Origin: Allobaculum fili
GTDB taxonomy: Bacteria > Bacillota_I > Bacilli_A > Erysipelotrichales > Erysipelotrichaceae
DNA length: 32,000 nt
Direction: 5' to 3'
NCBI RefSeq assembly: GCF_020969955.1
Contig: NZ_JAHDSX010000005.1
Location: 1-32,000 of the forward strand
The position numbers were made by a program, and so were the translations under genes. Below are positions 1-6,900 of this stretch, one piece after another. Below the pieces are notes generated by a model. That model was not told the DNA's origin and searched no databases. It saw nothing but the letters and a program-made list of their open reading frames with translations. Position 1 is the first letter of the stretch. The number at the start of each line of letters is the position of its first letter.

Positions 1-25
1 GTCAATAGATTTTTAGAAAAAAGTG

Positions 26-46
26 AAAAAACTCGAATCATTCGAG
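26..46 (-). terminator. weak terminator-like hairpin, leftward facing (third of three in tandem)
   Basis: The plus strand reads A6 (26-31), CTCGAA (32-37), tca, TTCGAG (41-46). On the minus strand this is a 6-bp stem with a 3-nt loop followed by UUUUUU. Confidence 0.3.
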
Positions 47-64
47 ATTTGACTTGAAGAGTAG

Positions 65-101
65 AAAAAAGACCACATCACTGCTTAACGCTGATGTGGT
101 C
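65..101 (-). terminator. intrinsic terminator-like hairpin, leftward facing
   Basis: The plus strand reads A6 (65-70), then GACCACATCA (71-80) pairing with TGATGTGGTC (92-101). This is a 10-bp perfect stem with an 11-nt loop. On the minus strand the hairpin is followed by UUUUUU. Confidence 0.5.
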
Positions 102-141
102 TGAGAAATCTTAACTTAATGACATTGACGAAGCAGCAAAG

Positions 142-188
142 AAAAAATGCTGGTAACGATCGAATTCTCGATCGAATCCAAATCCAGC
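142..188 (-). terminator. compound hairpin + U-tract, leftward facing
   Basis: GCTGG (149-153) pairs with CCAGC (184-188) and encloses an inner 7-bp hairpin, CGATCGA (157-163) / TCGATCG (168-174). A6 at 142-147 gives AUUUUUU after the structure on the minus strand. Confidence 0.3.
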
Positions 189-270
189 CGCGACGAATTG
201 GGGGCACCACCTTGCGCCGCGTAACAAAAGAAAATGCATGAAAGAACTCAAAAGAAAGAGGAATACGAAT

Positions 271-1092
271 ATGTATACTGCATTATCCATCGCCGGATCC
301 GATCCGAGCGGAGGCGCCGGCATTCAGGCCGATCTGAAGACTATGACGTGCAATGGCGTTTTCGCCATGGCGGCCATGACGTCTCTGACGGCCCAGAACA
401 CAACCGGCGTCAGCAATATCTTCCCCGTCACTCCCGAATTTATCCGCGAACAGATTGAAATGGTCGTTCACGATATTCGACCCGACGCCGTCAAAATCGG
501 CATGGTCGGCAGTGCACCTGCCATTGAAGCGGTCGCTTTATCCCTTCAGGAAATTCCGGATGTAAAAACCGTCGTCGATCCCGTCATGGTTTCCACCAGC
601 GGCAGTCTGCTCATTGATCCAGACGCCATCGAGGCGCTTAAAACGCATCTGATCCAGGACGCCACCCTGATCACGCCAAACATCCCCGAAGCCGAAGTTC
701 TCTGCGGCTTCTCCATTCAGAACCGGGACGACATGGAAAAAGCCGCCCGCAATCTGGGCAGCACCTTCCATACCGCCGTTCTTGTCAAAGGCGGTCATCG
801 CGTCGAAGACGCCAACGACGTGCTTTACGACGGAAGCAATCTGATCTGGTTTGAAGGCGAACGCGTCCAGACGGAAAACACGCACGGCACCGGCTGTACC
901 CTTTCGAGCGCCATCGCAGCCAATCTGGCCAAAGGGTTTAATCTGCCTCAGTCCGTACGAAGAGCCAAAGCGTACATTACCCGGGCACTGGACGACGGCC
1001 TGAATCTGGGCAGCGGTCCCGGACCGATGAACCATGCCTTTAAAGGTCACGAAGATTTTTTTGATCTTCCTGAAAACGATCCGGAGGTCTAG
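271..1092 (+). CDS. thiD: hydroxymethylpyrimidine / phosphomethylpyrimidine kinase (ThiD)
   Basis: The translation carries ThiD hallmarks: IAGSDPSGGAGIQADLKT near the N-terminus and HGTGCTLSSAIAANLA near the C-terminus. I prefer the ATG at 271 (AGAGGA 8 nt upstream) over the ORF-track ATG at 238, which has no SD. Confidence 0.9.
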   Translation: MYTALSIAGSDPSGGAGIQADLKTMTCNGVFAMAAMTSLTAQNTTGVSNIFPVTPEFIREQIEMVVHDIRPDAVKIGMVGSAPAIEAVALSLQEIPDVKTVVDPVMVSTSGSLLIDPDAIEALKTHLIQDATLITPNIPEAEVLCGFSIQNRDDMEKAARNLGSTFHTAVLVKGGHRVEDANDVLYDGSNLIWFEGERVQTENTHGTGCTLSSAIAANLAKGFNLPQSVRRAKAYITRALDDGLNLGSGPGPMNHAFKGHEDFFDLPENDPEV

Positions 1093-1097
1093 GTACG

Positions 1098-1724
1098 ATG
1101 CTTACGCAGATTCTTATTGTCGTCAGTCTCATCGCCTATTTTGGAATCAGCCTCTGGCTGGTTAAGGACGTAAAGCTGACCACGTCTTCGATTTCGATCT
1201 GCGCGATCTGCATCGCGCTGACCCTGATTCTGGAATCCATTTTCATTCCGCTGCCGACCGGCGCGGTGATCACGCTGTGTTCGCCCGTGCCGCTGCTGGT
1301 TCTGGCCATCTGCTTTGATCCAAAGCTGGCCATTCTTTCCGGATGGATTACCGGTCTGCTTTCCATCGCACTGCTTCCTACCTGGCAGCCGGTCCATTGG
1401 GCACAGATTTTTGTGGAACACCTGGTGTGCTTTTCCTGCCTGGGCTATGCAGGACTGTTTTCGGCGAAAACGAAGCTGGGCATTCTTCCCGGCCTTCTGC
1501 TCGCGTTTGCGATCAAGTTCATGGGCCATGCGGCCAGCGGTGTTGTCTTCTTTTCCCAGAACGCCTGGTCGGGCTGGGGTCCCTGGGCTTACAGCATGAC
1601 GTACCACCTCACCAGCAAGGTCCCGCTGTTCCTTCTTTGCACGCTGGTCATGCTCGCCCTGCCGCTCAAAACGCTGGAGCGCCTTGGCAAATCCAAAATG
1701 GTAAAGAAAGGAGCCGCCCAGTGA
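1098..1724 (+). CDS. thiT: ECF-transporter S component, ThiT/YuaJ family (thiamine or thiamine-precursor uptake)
   Basis: This is a 208-aa polytopic membrane protein. The C-terminal half (HLVCFSCLGYAGLF ... FFSQNAWSGWGPWAYS) matches the ThiT signature as I remember it from L. lactis ThiT (FWSQYAWKGWGAVAYS). GGAGG lies 10 nt upstream of the ATG. It sits between thiD and tenA. Confidence 0.75.
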   Translation: MLTQILIVVSLIAYFGISLWLVKDVKLTTSSISICAICIALTLILESIFIPLPTGAVITLCSPVPLLVLAICFDPKLAILSGWITGLLSIALLPTWQPVHWAQIFVEHLVCFSCLGYAGLFSAKTKLGILPGLLLAFAIKFMGHAASGVVFFSQNAWSGWGPWAYSMTYHLTSKVPLFLLCTLVMLALPLKTLERLGKSKMVKKGAAQ

Positions 1725-2428
1725 TTGAAGCGCTTCGTCATAAGAAAGATTCCTTCAGCGCGCGTCTTTTAAACGATTCCATTCCGTACTGGAACCATTA
1801 CCTCCGCCATCCGTTTCTGCAAAAGCTGGCCAATGGGACGCTCTCGCACGATCGCTATACCGGCTACATGATGCAGGACTATCTGTATTTGAAAGAGTAT
1901 GGACGCTGCTTCCTTCTGGGTATGGTTAAGGGCACCGACCCCGCCTTTCGCGCCGTTTGCGAACATTATCTGAAGCGGATCAACAATTTCGAGCTCGACG
2001 TTCACCGCGGCGCGTTTGAAGCGCTCGGCATTTCGAAACAGGATCTGGAGCGTGCCGTTCCTTCGCTGGAAAATCTTGGCTATACCTCCTACATGCTCAA
2101 AGTCTGTCTCGAAGGCAAACAGGAAGAAATTTTAATTTCGATTCTCGCCTGCGCCCTCAGCTACGAATACATCGCGCACGAAATCGTCAAGGAAAAGCCC
2201 GAAGCCTTAAACGATCCGCTGTACGGCAGCTGGTTTGCGCAATACGACTCGGCCGATTACGCCAAAGAAAACGATGACCTCTGCGCGCTGCTCGACGATC
2301 TGACCAGAGAGCTTTCCAAAGAGCGGCTCGATGCCCTCGAGAATATTTTCCAGACCTGTTCCCGTTTTGAAATGGGCTTCTGGAACGGAGCCTGGCAGAC
2401 GGGTGATGAAACGCGGCTTTGTGCCTAA
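1721..2428 (+). CDS. tenA: thiaminase II / aminopyrimidine aminohydrolase (TenA family)
   Basis: The translation from GTG 1721 (VIEALRHKKDSFSARLLNDSIPYWNHYLRHPFLQKLANGTL..DRYTGYMMQDYLYL...) is TenA/heme-oxygenase-like, with a Cys in ACALSYEYIA. AAAGGAG lies 7 nt upstream. The GTG overlaps the thiT stop (GTGA at 1721-1724). The ORF-track start at 1343 would overlap thiT by 380 nt. Confidence 0.85.
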   Translation: MIEALRHKKDSFSARLLNDSIPYWNHYLRHPFLQKLANGTLSHDRYTGYMMQDYLYLKEYGRCFLLGMVKGTDPAFRAVCEHYLKRINNFELDVHRGAFEALGISKQDLERAVPSLENLGYTSYMLKVCLEGKQEEILISILACALSYEYIAHEIVKEKPEALNDPLYGSWFAQYDSADYAKENDDLCALLDDLTRELSKERLDALENIFQTCSRFEMGFWNGAWQTGDETRLCA

Positions 2429-2520
2429 GCGATTTGTAAACACCCAGTAAACGCTCTATACGCGTTCCAAAATACGAATCTCCCGAAAATACGCTGCGCT
2501 TCAAATTCCGCCATTTAATG

Positions 2521-2560
2521 AAAACTGGCTGAGCGGATCCGTCCGACTCAGCCAGTTTTT
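2521..2560. terminator. bidirectional intrinsic terminator between tenA (+) and sstT (-)
   Basis: AAAA, then CTGGCTGAGCGG (2525-2536) pairing with CCG-a-CTCAGCCAG (2543-2555), then TTTTT. This is a 12-bp stem with one bulge, with an A-run on one side and a T-run on the other. Confidence 0.7.
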
Positions 2561-2589
2561 ATCTGAAATTTTCTGCATAAAGCTTCGAA

Positions 2590-3864
2590 TTACCTGGAAG
2601 CTTTTTTCTTGCGAAGGAATTCCGGAAGCGGTTTTCCTTCTTTTTTCCACTGAATGAATTCCGCTGTCGCGGTAAAGACGGCATCGCCGGCGGAGTTCAG
2701 GCAGGTTTCTACCGAATCCTGAACGACACCGATAATGAAGCCGACCGCTACGACCTGCATGGCCACATCCTGAGAAATGCCAAACAGGGAGCAGGCCATC
2801 GGGATCAGCAGAAGAGATCCGCCGGCAATACCCGAAGCGCCGCATGCACCGAGCGCAGCCATCATCGAAAGCAGAACCGCAGCCGGGAAGGAAACCTGAA
2901 TGCCCAGCGTATTGGCGGCAGCGAGTGTCATGATCGTAATCGTGATCGCAGCGCCGTCCATGTTGATCGTGCTGCCCAGCGGAATCGATACGGAATAGAA
3001 ATCCTTATCGAGACCCATCTTCTTGCACAGTTCCATGTTGACTGGAATATTCGCAGCCGAACTGCGGGTAAAGAATGCCGGAATGCCGGATTCTTTCAGG
3101 CACTTGAACACGAGCGGATATGGATTGACGTGCAGATAGCAGAACACCACAAACGGGGAAACGACGAGCGCCATGAACAGCATCGTGCCGACGAGCAGAA
3201 GCAGCAGCTTTCCGTAATCGGTAAAGATGGACAGACCGCTTGTCGATACAGTCGTGTAAATCAGACCCATGATGCCAAAGGGCGCCAGGTTGATTACCCA
3301 GCGAACGATCTTGCTGACGGCTTCCGCCACGTCGTTCATGAACTTCTTCGTATTGTCCGAAGCGCAGGCTTTCATCGCCAGACCAAAGAGAACCGCATAA
3401 AACAGAATGCCGATATAGTTGCCGTCCGCGATCGACTGGATCGGGTTGGAAACGATATTGGCCAGCAGGGTATGCATGACTTCATCGAGGCCCTGCGGAA
3501 TCGTGGACGCGCTCGCCGCTTCGGGCAGAACGATGGTCTGCGGAAACAGGCGGGACGCCAGCACCGCCAGTACAGCGGCTAAAAATGTCGTCAGCATGTA
3601 CAGCCAGATGACAGTACCAAACCGGCGGTCAAGGCGGGAAGAATTTTGCGCAAGCGCACTTGCGACAAGAACAAAAACCAGAATCGGCGCCACGCCTTTC
3701 AGCGCGCCGACAAACAGATTTCCAAATTCGCCAATCCAGGTCCAGCCTGGCACCAGCAAAGCCAGTATGACGCCAATCACCAGACCAATCAGAATGCGAA
3801 GAATCAGGCTGGTACGGTTGTAGCTTCGAACGAGCTTCAGACACCCATTTTTAATGGATTGCAT
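2590..3864 (-). CDS. sstT: serine/threonine:sodium symporter SstT (DAACS family)
   Basis: This is a 424-aa polytopic protein with the DAACS motif TRSSAANIPVNM and an SstT-like N-terminus (SLILRILIGLVIGVILA). A strong RBS, AAGGAG, lies 9 nt upstream of the ATG at 3864. Confidence 0.85.
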   Translation of the reverse strand: MQSIKNGCLKLVRSYNRTSLILRILIGLVIGVILALLVPGWTWIGEFGNLFVGALKGVAPILVFVLVASALAQNSSRLDRRFGTVIWLYMLTTFLAAVLAVLASRLFPQTIVLPEAASASTIPQGLDEVMHTLLANIVSNPIQSIADGNYIGILFYAVLFGLAMKACASDNTKKFMNDVAEAVSKIVRWVINLAPFGIMGLIYTTVSTSGLSIFTDYGKLLLLLVGTMLFMALVVSPFVVFCYLHVNPYPLVFKCLKESGIPAFFTRSSAANIPVNMELCKKMGLDKDFYSVSIPLGSTINMDGAAITITIMTLAAANTLGIQVSFPAAVLLSMMAALGACGASGIAGGSLLLIPMACSLFGISQDVAMQVVAVGFIIGVVQDSVETCLNSAGDAVFTATAEFIQWKKEGKPLPEFLRKKKASR

Positions 3865-3890
3865 AAAAACTATCTCCTTTTCCCTTGTCG

Positions 3891-3937
3891 GAAAATGAAA
3901 AACATCGAACCAGAACAGCCGATCCGTGTTCGATGTT
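3891..3937 (-). promoter_or_regulatory. terminator-like hairpin inside the sstT 5' leader (possible attenuator)
   Basis: On the minus strand AACATCGAAC pairs with GTTCGATGTT (a 10-bp perfect stem, plus-strand 3901-3937). It is followed by UUUCAUUUUC and lies about 35 nt upstream of the sstT start codon. Confidence 0.3.
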
Positions 3938-4129
3938 CAAATTCACCAACAAAAATAATAATACGTGATCCTCTGATCGCCATACAAAGACGCCTGTCTC
4001 CGCCATCTGAACGTTATTCTTGCTCGCTTTGTATGTTTTTATCATGTTTTTCGGAAGATACGTTCTTGCCTTTTGGCCTCTGTCGTTCTTTCTTCCATTC
4101 GTATCTTCCCTTTTCACACTTTTTGCCGC

Positions 4130-4155
4130 AAAAAAGCCGGAGCGTATGCTCCGGC
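4130..4155 (-). terminator. intrinsic terminator of the 4217-5170 gene
   Basis: GCCGGAGC (4136-4143), loop gtat, GCTCCGGC (4148-4155). The A6 at 4130-4135 gives UUUUUU after the hairpin on the minus strand. Confidence 0.65.
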
Positions 4156-4216
4156 CTGGCAATTCAAGGGGTAAATCGTATGACTCTGTCCTCTCTTTCG
4201 AATCTGGATTTTCTGA

Positions 4217-5170
4217 TCAGTGCAGTTCGTAGTACTTGATGGAATCCTGCAGTTCGTCGAGGCGGCGGGTCATTTCTTCGAAATCGTCATCGTTTTCCGC
4301 CTGCTGATGGGTAACGAGCGAATCGAGCAGATCGGCGGCTTTCTTATTGATCTGGACGGAACGTTCATAGTATTTGCGCAAAATGTCCATGTTATGACCA
4401 ATCTTCACATACTGTCTGGCCTGTTCGAGATTGTTCTGGGACATGGCGATCGCTTCATCCAGTCCAGCTGTGAAACGGGCAATCGACAGTTTGCTTCCAC
4501 CAAAAATGTTTTCGAGAATGGCCTCGGAATTGTCCTTGATGCGGTGCAGTTCCCGGTCGTTGTTTTCGATCTGTGTCAGCAGATTGCGCTCGATCGCGCG
4601 CTGCGTCTCCTTGGCCTCGTCAACGACTGGCCGGGCCTTTTTCTCCGGTCGTGGGAAAAGTTGCCCGCTTCCGCTGGAAGCACGTGTGTCTTTCACATTG
4701 GGAATCGGCGGCTTTTTCGGAATGGGCGGCTTTTGAGACGGCCGCGCCTGTGTACGGGACGCATGGCTTTGCGAAGAATTCGCAGGAGAAGAATACGTAC
4801 GCGGACCGGCTTTCAGTGCCCCCATGCCCAGGTAGACCGAGCCCCAGTTGGAAAAATAGCGGCTGAGGCCTGGTGCGAAAAACAGAAGGAAGGAATAGAG
4901 ATACATCATCAGCCCTTCCAGATAATAAAAGGCATACGGCATGACGACCGGATGCGAATAGCCGAACATCGCCTCGTTATACTCGCTGTTTTGCGGCTTT
5001 TGCGGGGAAACGTACTCCGTTCGCGTTCTGGCCTGACCTAAAAAATGGCCGACATAGTAAATGACTGGAATAATAAAAAGGAGTTTGAAAATGAACCCCA
5101 GATGCAGAACAAAGGCCAGCGCCATGGGCAGAAGCATGGGGAGCAGATCTTTACCCGAATTATCTGACAT
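4217..5170 (-). CDS. hypothetical membrane protein: N-terminal TM bundle, Pro/Ser/Lys-rich linker, C-terminal helical (coiled-coil-like) domain
   Basis: This is a 317-aa ORF with an RBS-like AGGAAAGGGAAAAG upstream. About 3 hydrophobic helices lie in residues 10-105. The linker contains KPPIPKKPPIP. The C-terminal ~150 aa are charged and helical (…RAIERNLLTQIENNDRELHRIKDN…LDELQDSIKYYE). I do not confidently recognise a family. Confidence 0.6.
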   Translation of the reverse strand: MSDNSGKDLLPMLLPMALAFVLHLGFIFKLLFIIPVIYYVGHFLGQARTRTEYVSPQKPQNSEYNEAMFGYSHPVVMPYAFYYLEGLMMYLYSFLLFFAPGLSRYFSNWGSVYLGMGALKAGPRTYSSPANSSQSHASRTQARPSQKPPIPKKPPIPNVKDTRASSGSGQLFPRPEKKARPVVDEAKETQRAIERNLLTQIENNDRELHRIKDNSEAILENIFGGSKLSIARFTAGLDEAIAMSQNNLEQARQYVKIGHNMDILRKYYERSVQINKKAADLLDSLVTHQQAENDDDFEEMTRRLDELQDSIKYYELH

Positions 5171-5487
5171 ATCTTTTCCCTTTCCTGAATAAAACGGTTT
5201 CCCGCCGATCGTGCCGTTCGCTCAAATCGCCCGGAAACCGGAAATAAACCTGTAATATGAATTATACCGGCCGCTCAATTTCTTTTCATCCATCGGCCGT
5301 CTGGAAAACCGAGGCTTATTAAAAACTTTACTATTCTTTTCCGGTATTTTGGATAGGCACCCATAACGCGGTCAGTCTGGGATTTTTTTGATTTTCAAAG
5401 CCTGTCCGACCACGGGAATCTTAAAAAACGGCCCGGTTTCTTTCCCGGCCGCTGTTCAACAGTATCTGTACACGATAAGGAGTCACC

Positions 5488-6630
5488 ATGAATATTCTGT
5501 ATTTTCTCTGCAACTTTCTGCTTTCCTTTTTTATTTTTCTGAAAGGCACCCAGATTCTCGGCTTTTTAAAGGCGAAAGAGTATGACAGTCTTTCCGGCTA
5601 TTCGAGCCCGGATCTTGAACCGGGCACAAAGCGCTGGATTCGCGCTCAGGAAATTTATGGAGACGCCCTGCGCAAATGCGGCGCAGGACTGATGCTTCTG
5701 AATGTAGTCGGCGCGCTTTCCGTATTCATGCTGGAACTGCCGGTCATTCAGATCGAATCCGTCATCCTTCTGCTTCTGGAAATTCTTTCCTTTTTCGGCG
5801 CGAAACTGTGGACCAGAAACCAGATGGCCAAGGACATTGTCCTGACCCCTTCCGCCCCTGCAACGCCGGCTGGCGAAACCGCACCGGCAGACGAAGGATC
5901 CAACCGATCGGATGCTTCTTTGGAACATGCAGACGATGCGAAATCTGAAGCGCACAAAGCCGAGGACGAGAATCCCGACGAAAGTCCGAAAGAAACGCCG
6001 GCAAAAGCAGAAGAAACTTTCACAGCCGATACACAGGACGATGCGATCCCGGCAGAACGCGACGATGAGAAGGAATCGGTTTCTGAACAGGAAGAACTCG
6101 AACCAGATGCTGCCGCAAACGAACCAGACGCAGCCGCGCAGACCGAACAGCCGAGGGAAGCGTCTGTACCGACGGACACGAACGAAAACGAACCGGCTGA
6201 ACCGGTCCTTCCCGCTGAAGATGCCCATATTCATTTGGCTCCTTCCTCGTCCTCTGCAGACACACAGACGACGTCTTCTGAACCGACTGCCTCTTCACCC
6301 TCTTCTGCTCCTTCAGAATCCGCAGCTTCTTCGATCGAACGCAAGGCGGCCCCTTCTCCGGAACGAAGAACTGCGCCGGCTCACGAAGAGAGCAGCTCGG
6401 AAGAATCCGGTCTGGAAGATGTGGATCCTAAAGAAGCCGACCGTCTGGCCCGCTCCATTCTGAAAGCTTCCGCTTCCCGAAACGATCGCGCCTCGTTCCA
6501 TCGCCGCGATCGCCGCAACCAGCAGATTGCAGAAAACGGCTTTCAGGTCCACCAGATCCAGAACAATTCCGATCAGGCCTCCTTTTCCATCAAGCGTCTG
6601 CCGGAAGATACAGACACCGAATCCAAATAG
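5488..6630 (+). CDS. hypothetical membrane protein (SdpI/YhfL-like N-terminal module?) with ~265-aa acidic low-complexity tail
   Basis: AAGGAG lies 5 nt upstream of the ATG at 5488. The N-terminal ~115 aa have 3 hydrophobic helices plus a GY..P....W..AQ..YG loop reminiscent of SdpI-family proteins. The rest is E/D/S/A/P/T-rich and looks disordered. Confidence 0.6.
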   Translation: MNILYFLCNFLLSFFIFLKGTQILGFLKAKEYDSLSGYSSPDLEPGTKRWIRAQEIYGDALRKCGAGLMLLNVVGALSVFMLELPVIQIESVILLLLEILSFFGAKLWTRNQMAKDIVLTPSAPATPAGETAPADEGSNRSDASLEHADDAKSEAHKAEDENPDESPKETPAKAEETFTADTQDDAIPAERDDEKESVSEQEELEPDAAANEPDAAAQTEQPREASVPTDTNENEPAEPVLPAEDAHIHLAPSSSSADTQTTSSEPTASSPSSAPSESAASSIERKAAPSPERRTAPAHEESSSEESGLEDVDPKEADRLARSILKASASRNDRASFHRRDRRNQQIAENGFQVHQIQNNSDQASFSIKRLPEDTDTESK

Positions 6631-6718
6631 AACAGTCAGGATCCCAGGATATAGAGTCATCCTCCGTTTTTCCGCTCCTGTCCTCCTCTGCTGTCCCCGT
6701 TTCAAAATCCATGCATAC

Positions 6719-6769
6719 GAAAATCGCCCGCAGAAAGAAACAAAGCGTTTCTCCTTGCGGGCGATTTTC
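6719..6769. terminator. bidirectional terminator between the convergent 5488-6630 (+) and GNAT (-) genes
   Basis: GAAAATCGCCCGCA (6719-6732) pairs with TGCGGGCGATTTTC (6756-6769), a 14-bp stem whose outer A/T runs supply U-tracts in both orientations. Confidence 0.6.
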
Positions 6770-6804
6770 CTGTGTCCTCTTTGAGGTCTCACCGGATGAT
6801 GTGC

Positions 6805-6900
6805 GGATCTCTGTCGATCTGCTGAATCTCCGTGAATCTGCGGATTTGTGCGAATCTGCATGAATCTGCAGCGATCTATGCGATTTTATTCGCGATTTTC
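6805..6900. repeat. degenerate tandem array, ~10 units of 9-10 bp, consensus GAATCTGC(n)n
   Basis: The units are ggatctctgt / cgatctgct / gaatctccgt / gaatctgcg / gatttgtgc / gaatctgcat / gaatctgcag / cgatctatg / cgattttatt / cgcgattttc. Exact GAATCTGC occurs at 6834, 6852 and 6862. The array runs from intergenic DNA into the last codons of the GNAT gene. Confidence 0.55.

Noticed and set aside
157-180. A tRNA-like TCGAATCC (T-loop-like) sequence. Other GTTCGA-type strings occur at 3928 and 31003.
   Set aside because: No flanking T-stem, acceptor stem or anticodon arm can be drawn, so no tRNA gene is supported anywhere in the window.
203-211. A T-box-like GGUGGUGCC on the minus strand just upstream of the 142-188 hairpin.
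   Set aside because: A T-box leader needs ~200 nt of Stem I and specifier structure upstream. Here that would lie inside the thiD coding region on the other strand. The match to GGUGGUACCGCG is also only partial.
71-237. A TPP riboswitch upstream of thiD, suggested by a hairpin followed by CUGAGA at 101-106.
   Set aside because: The conserved GGGGUGC strand, the ACCC strand and the pyrophosphate-sensor helix are missing. The hairpin is preceded by A6, so it reads better as a minus-strand terminator. One hexamer is not enough.
1343-1720. The 126-codon N-terminal extension of the tenA ORF in the ORF track.
   Set aside because: It would overlap thiT almost completely in another frame, and its translation is Pro/Gly/Arg-rich nonsense. 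The GTG at 1721, with AAAGGAG 7 nt upstream, gives a full-length TenA.
6805-6900. The short repeat array as a CRISPR array.
   Set aside because: The units are 9-10 bp and directly abutting with no spacers. They are far below CRISPR repeat length, and there are no cas genes.
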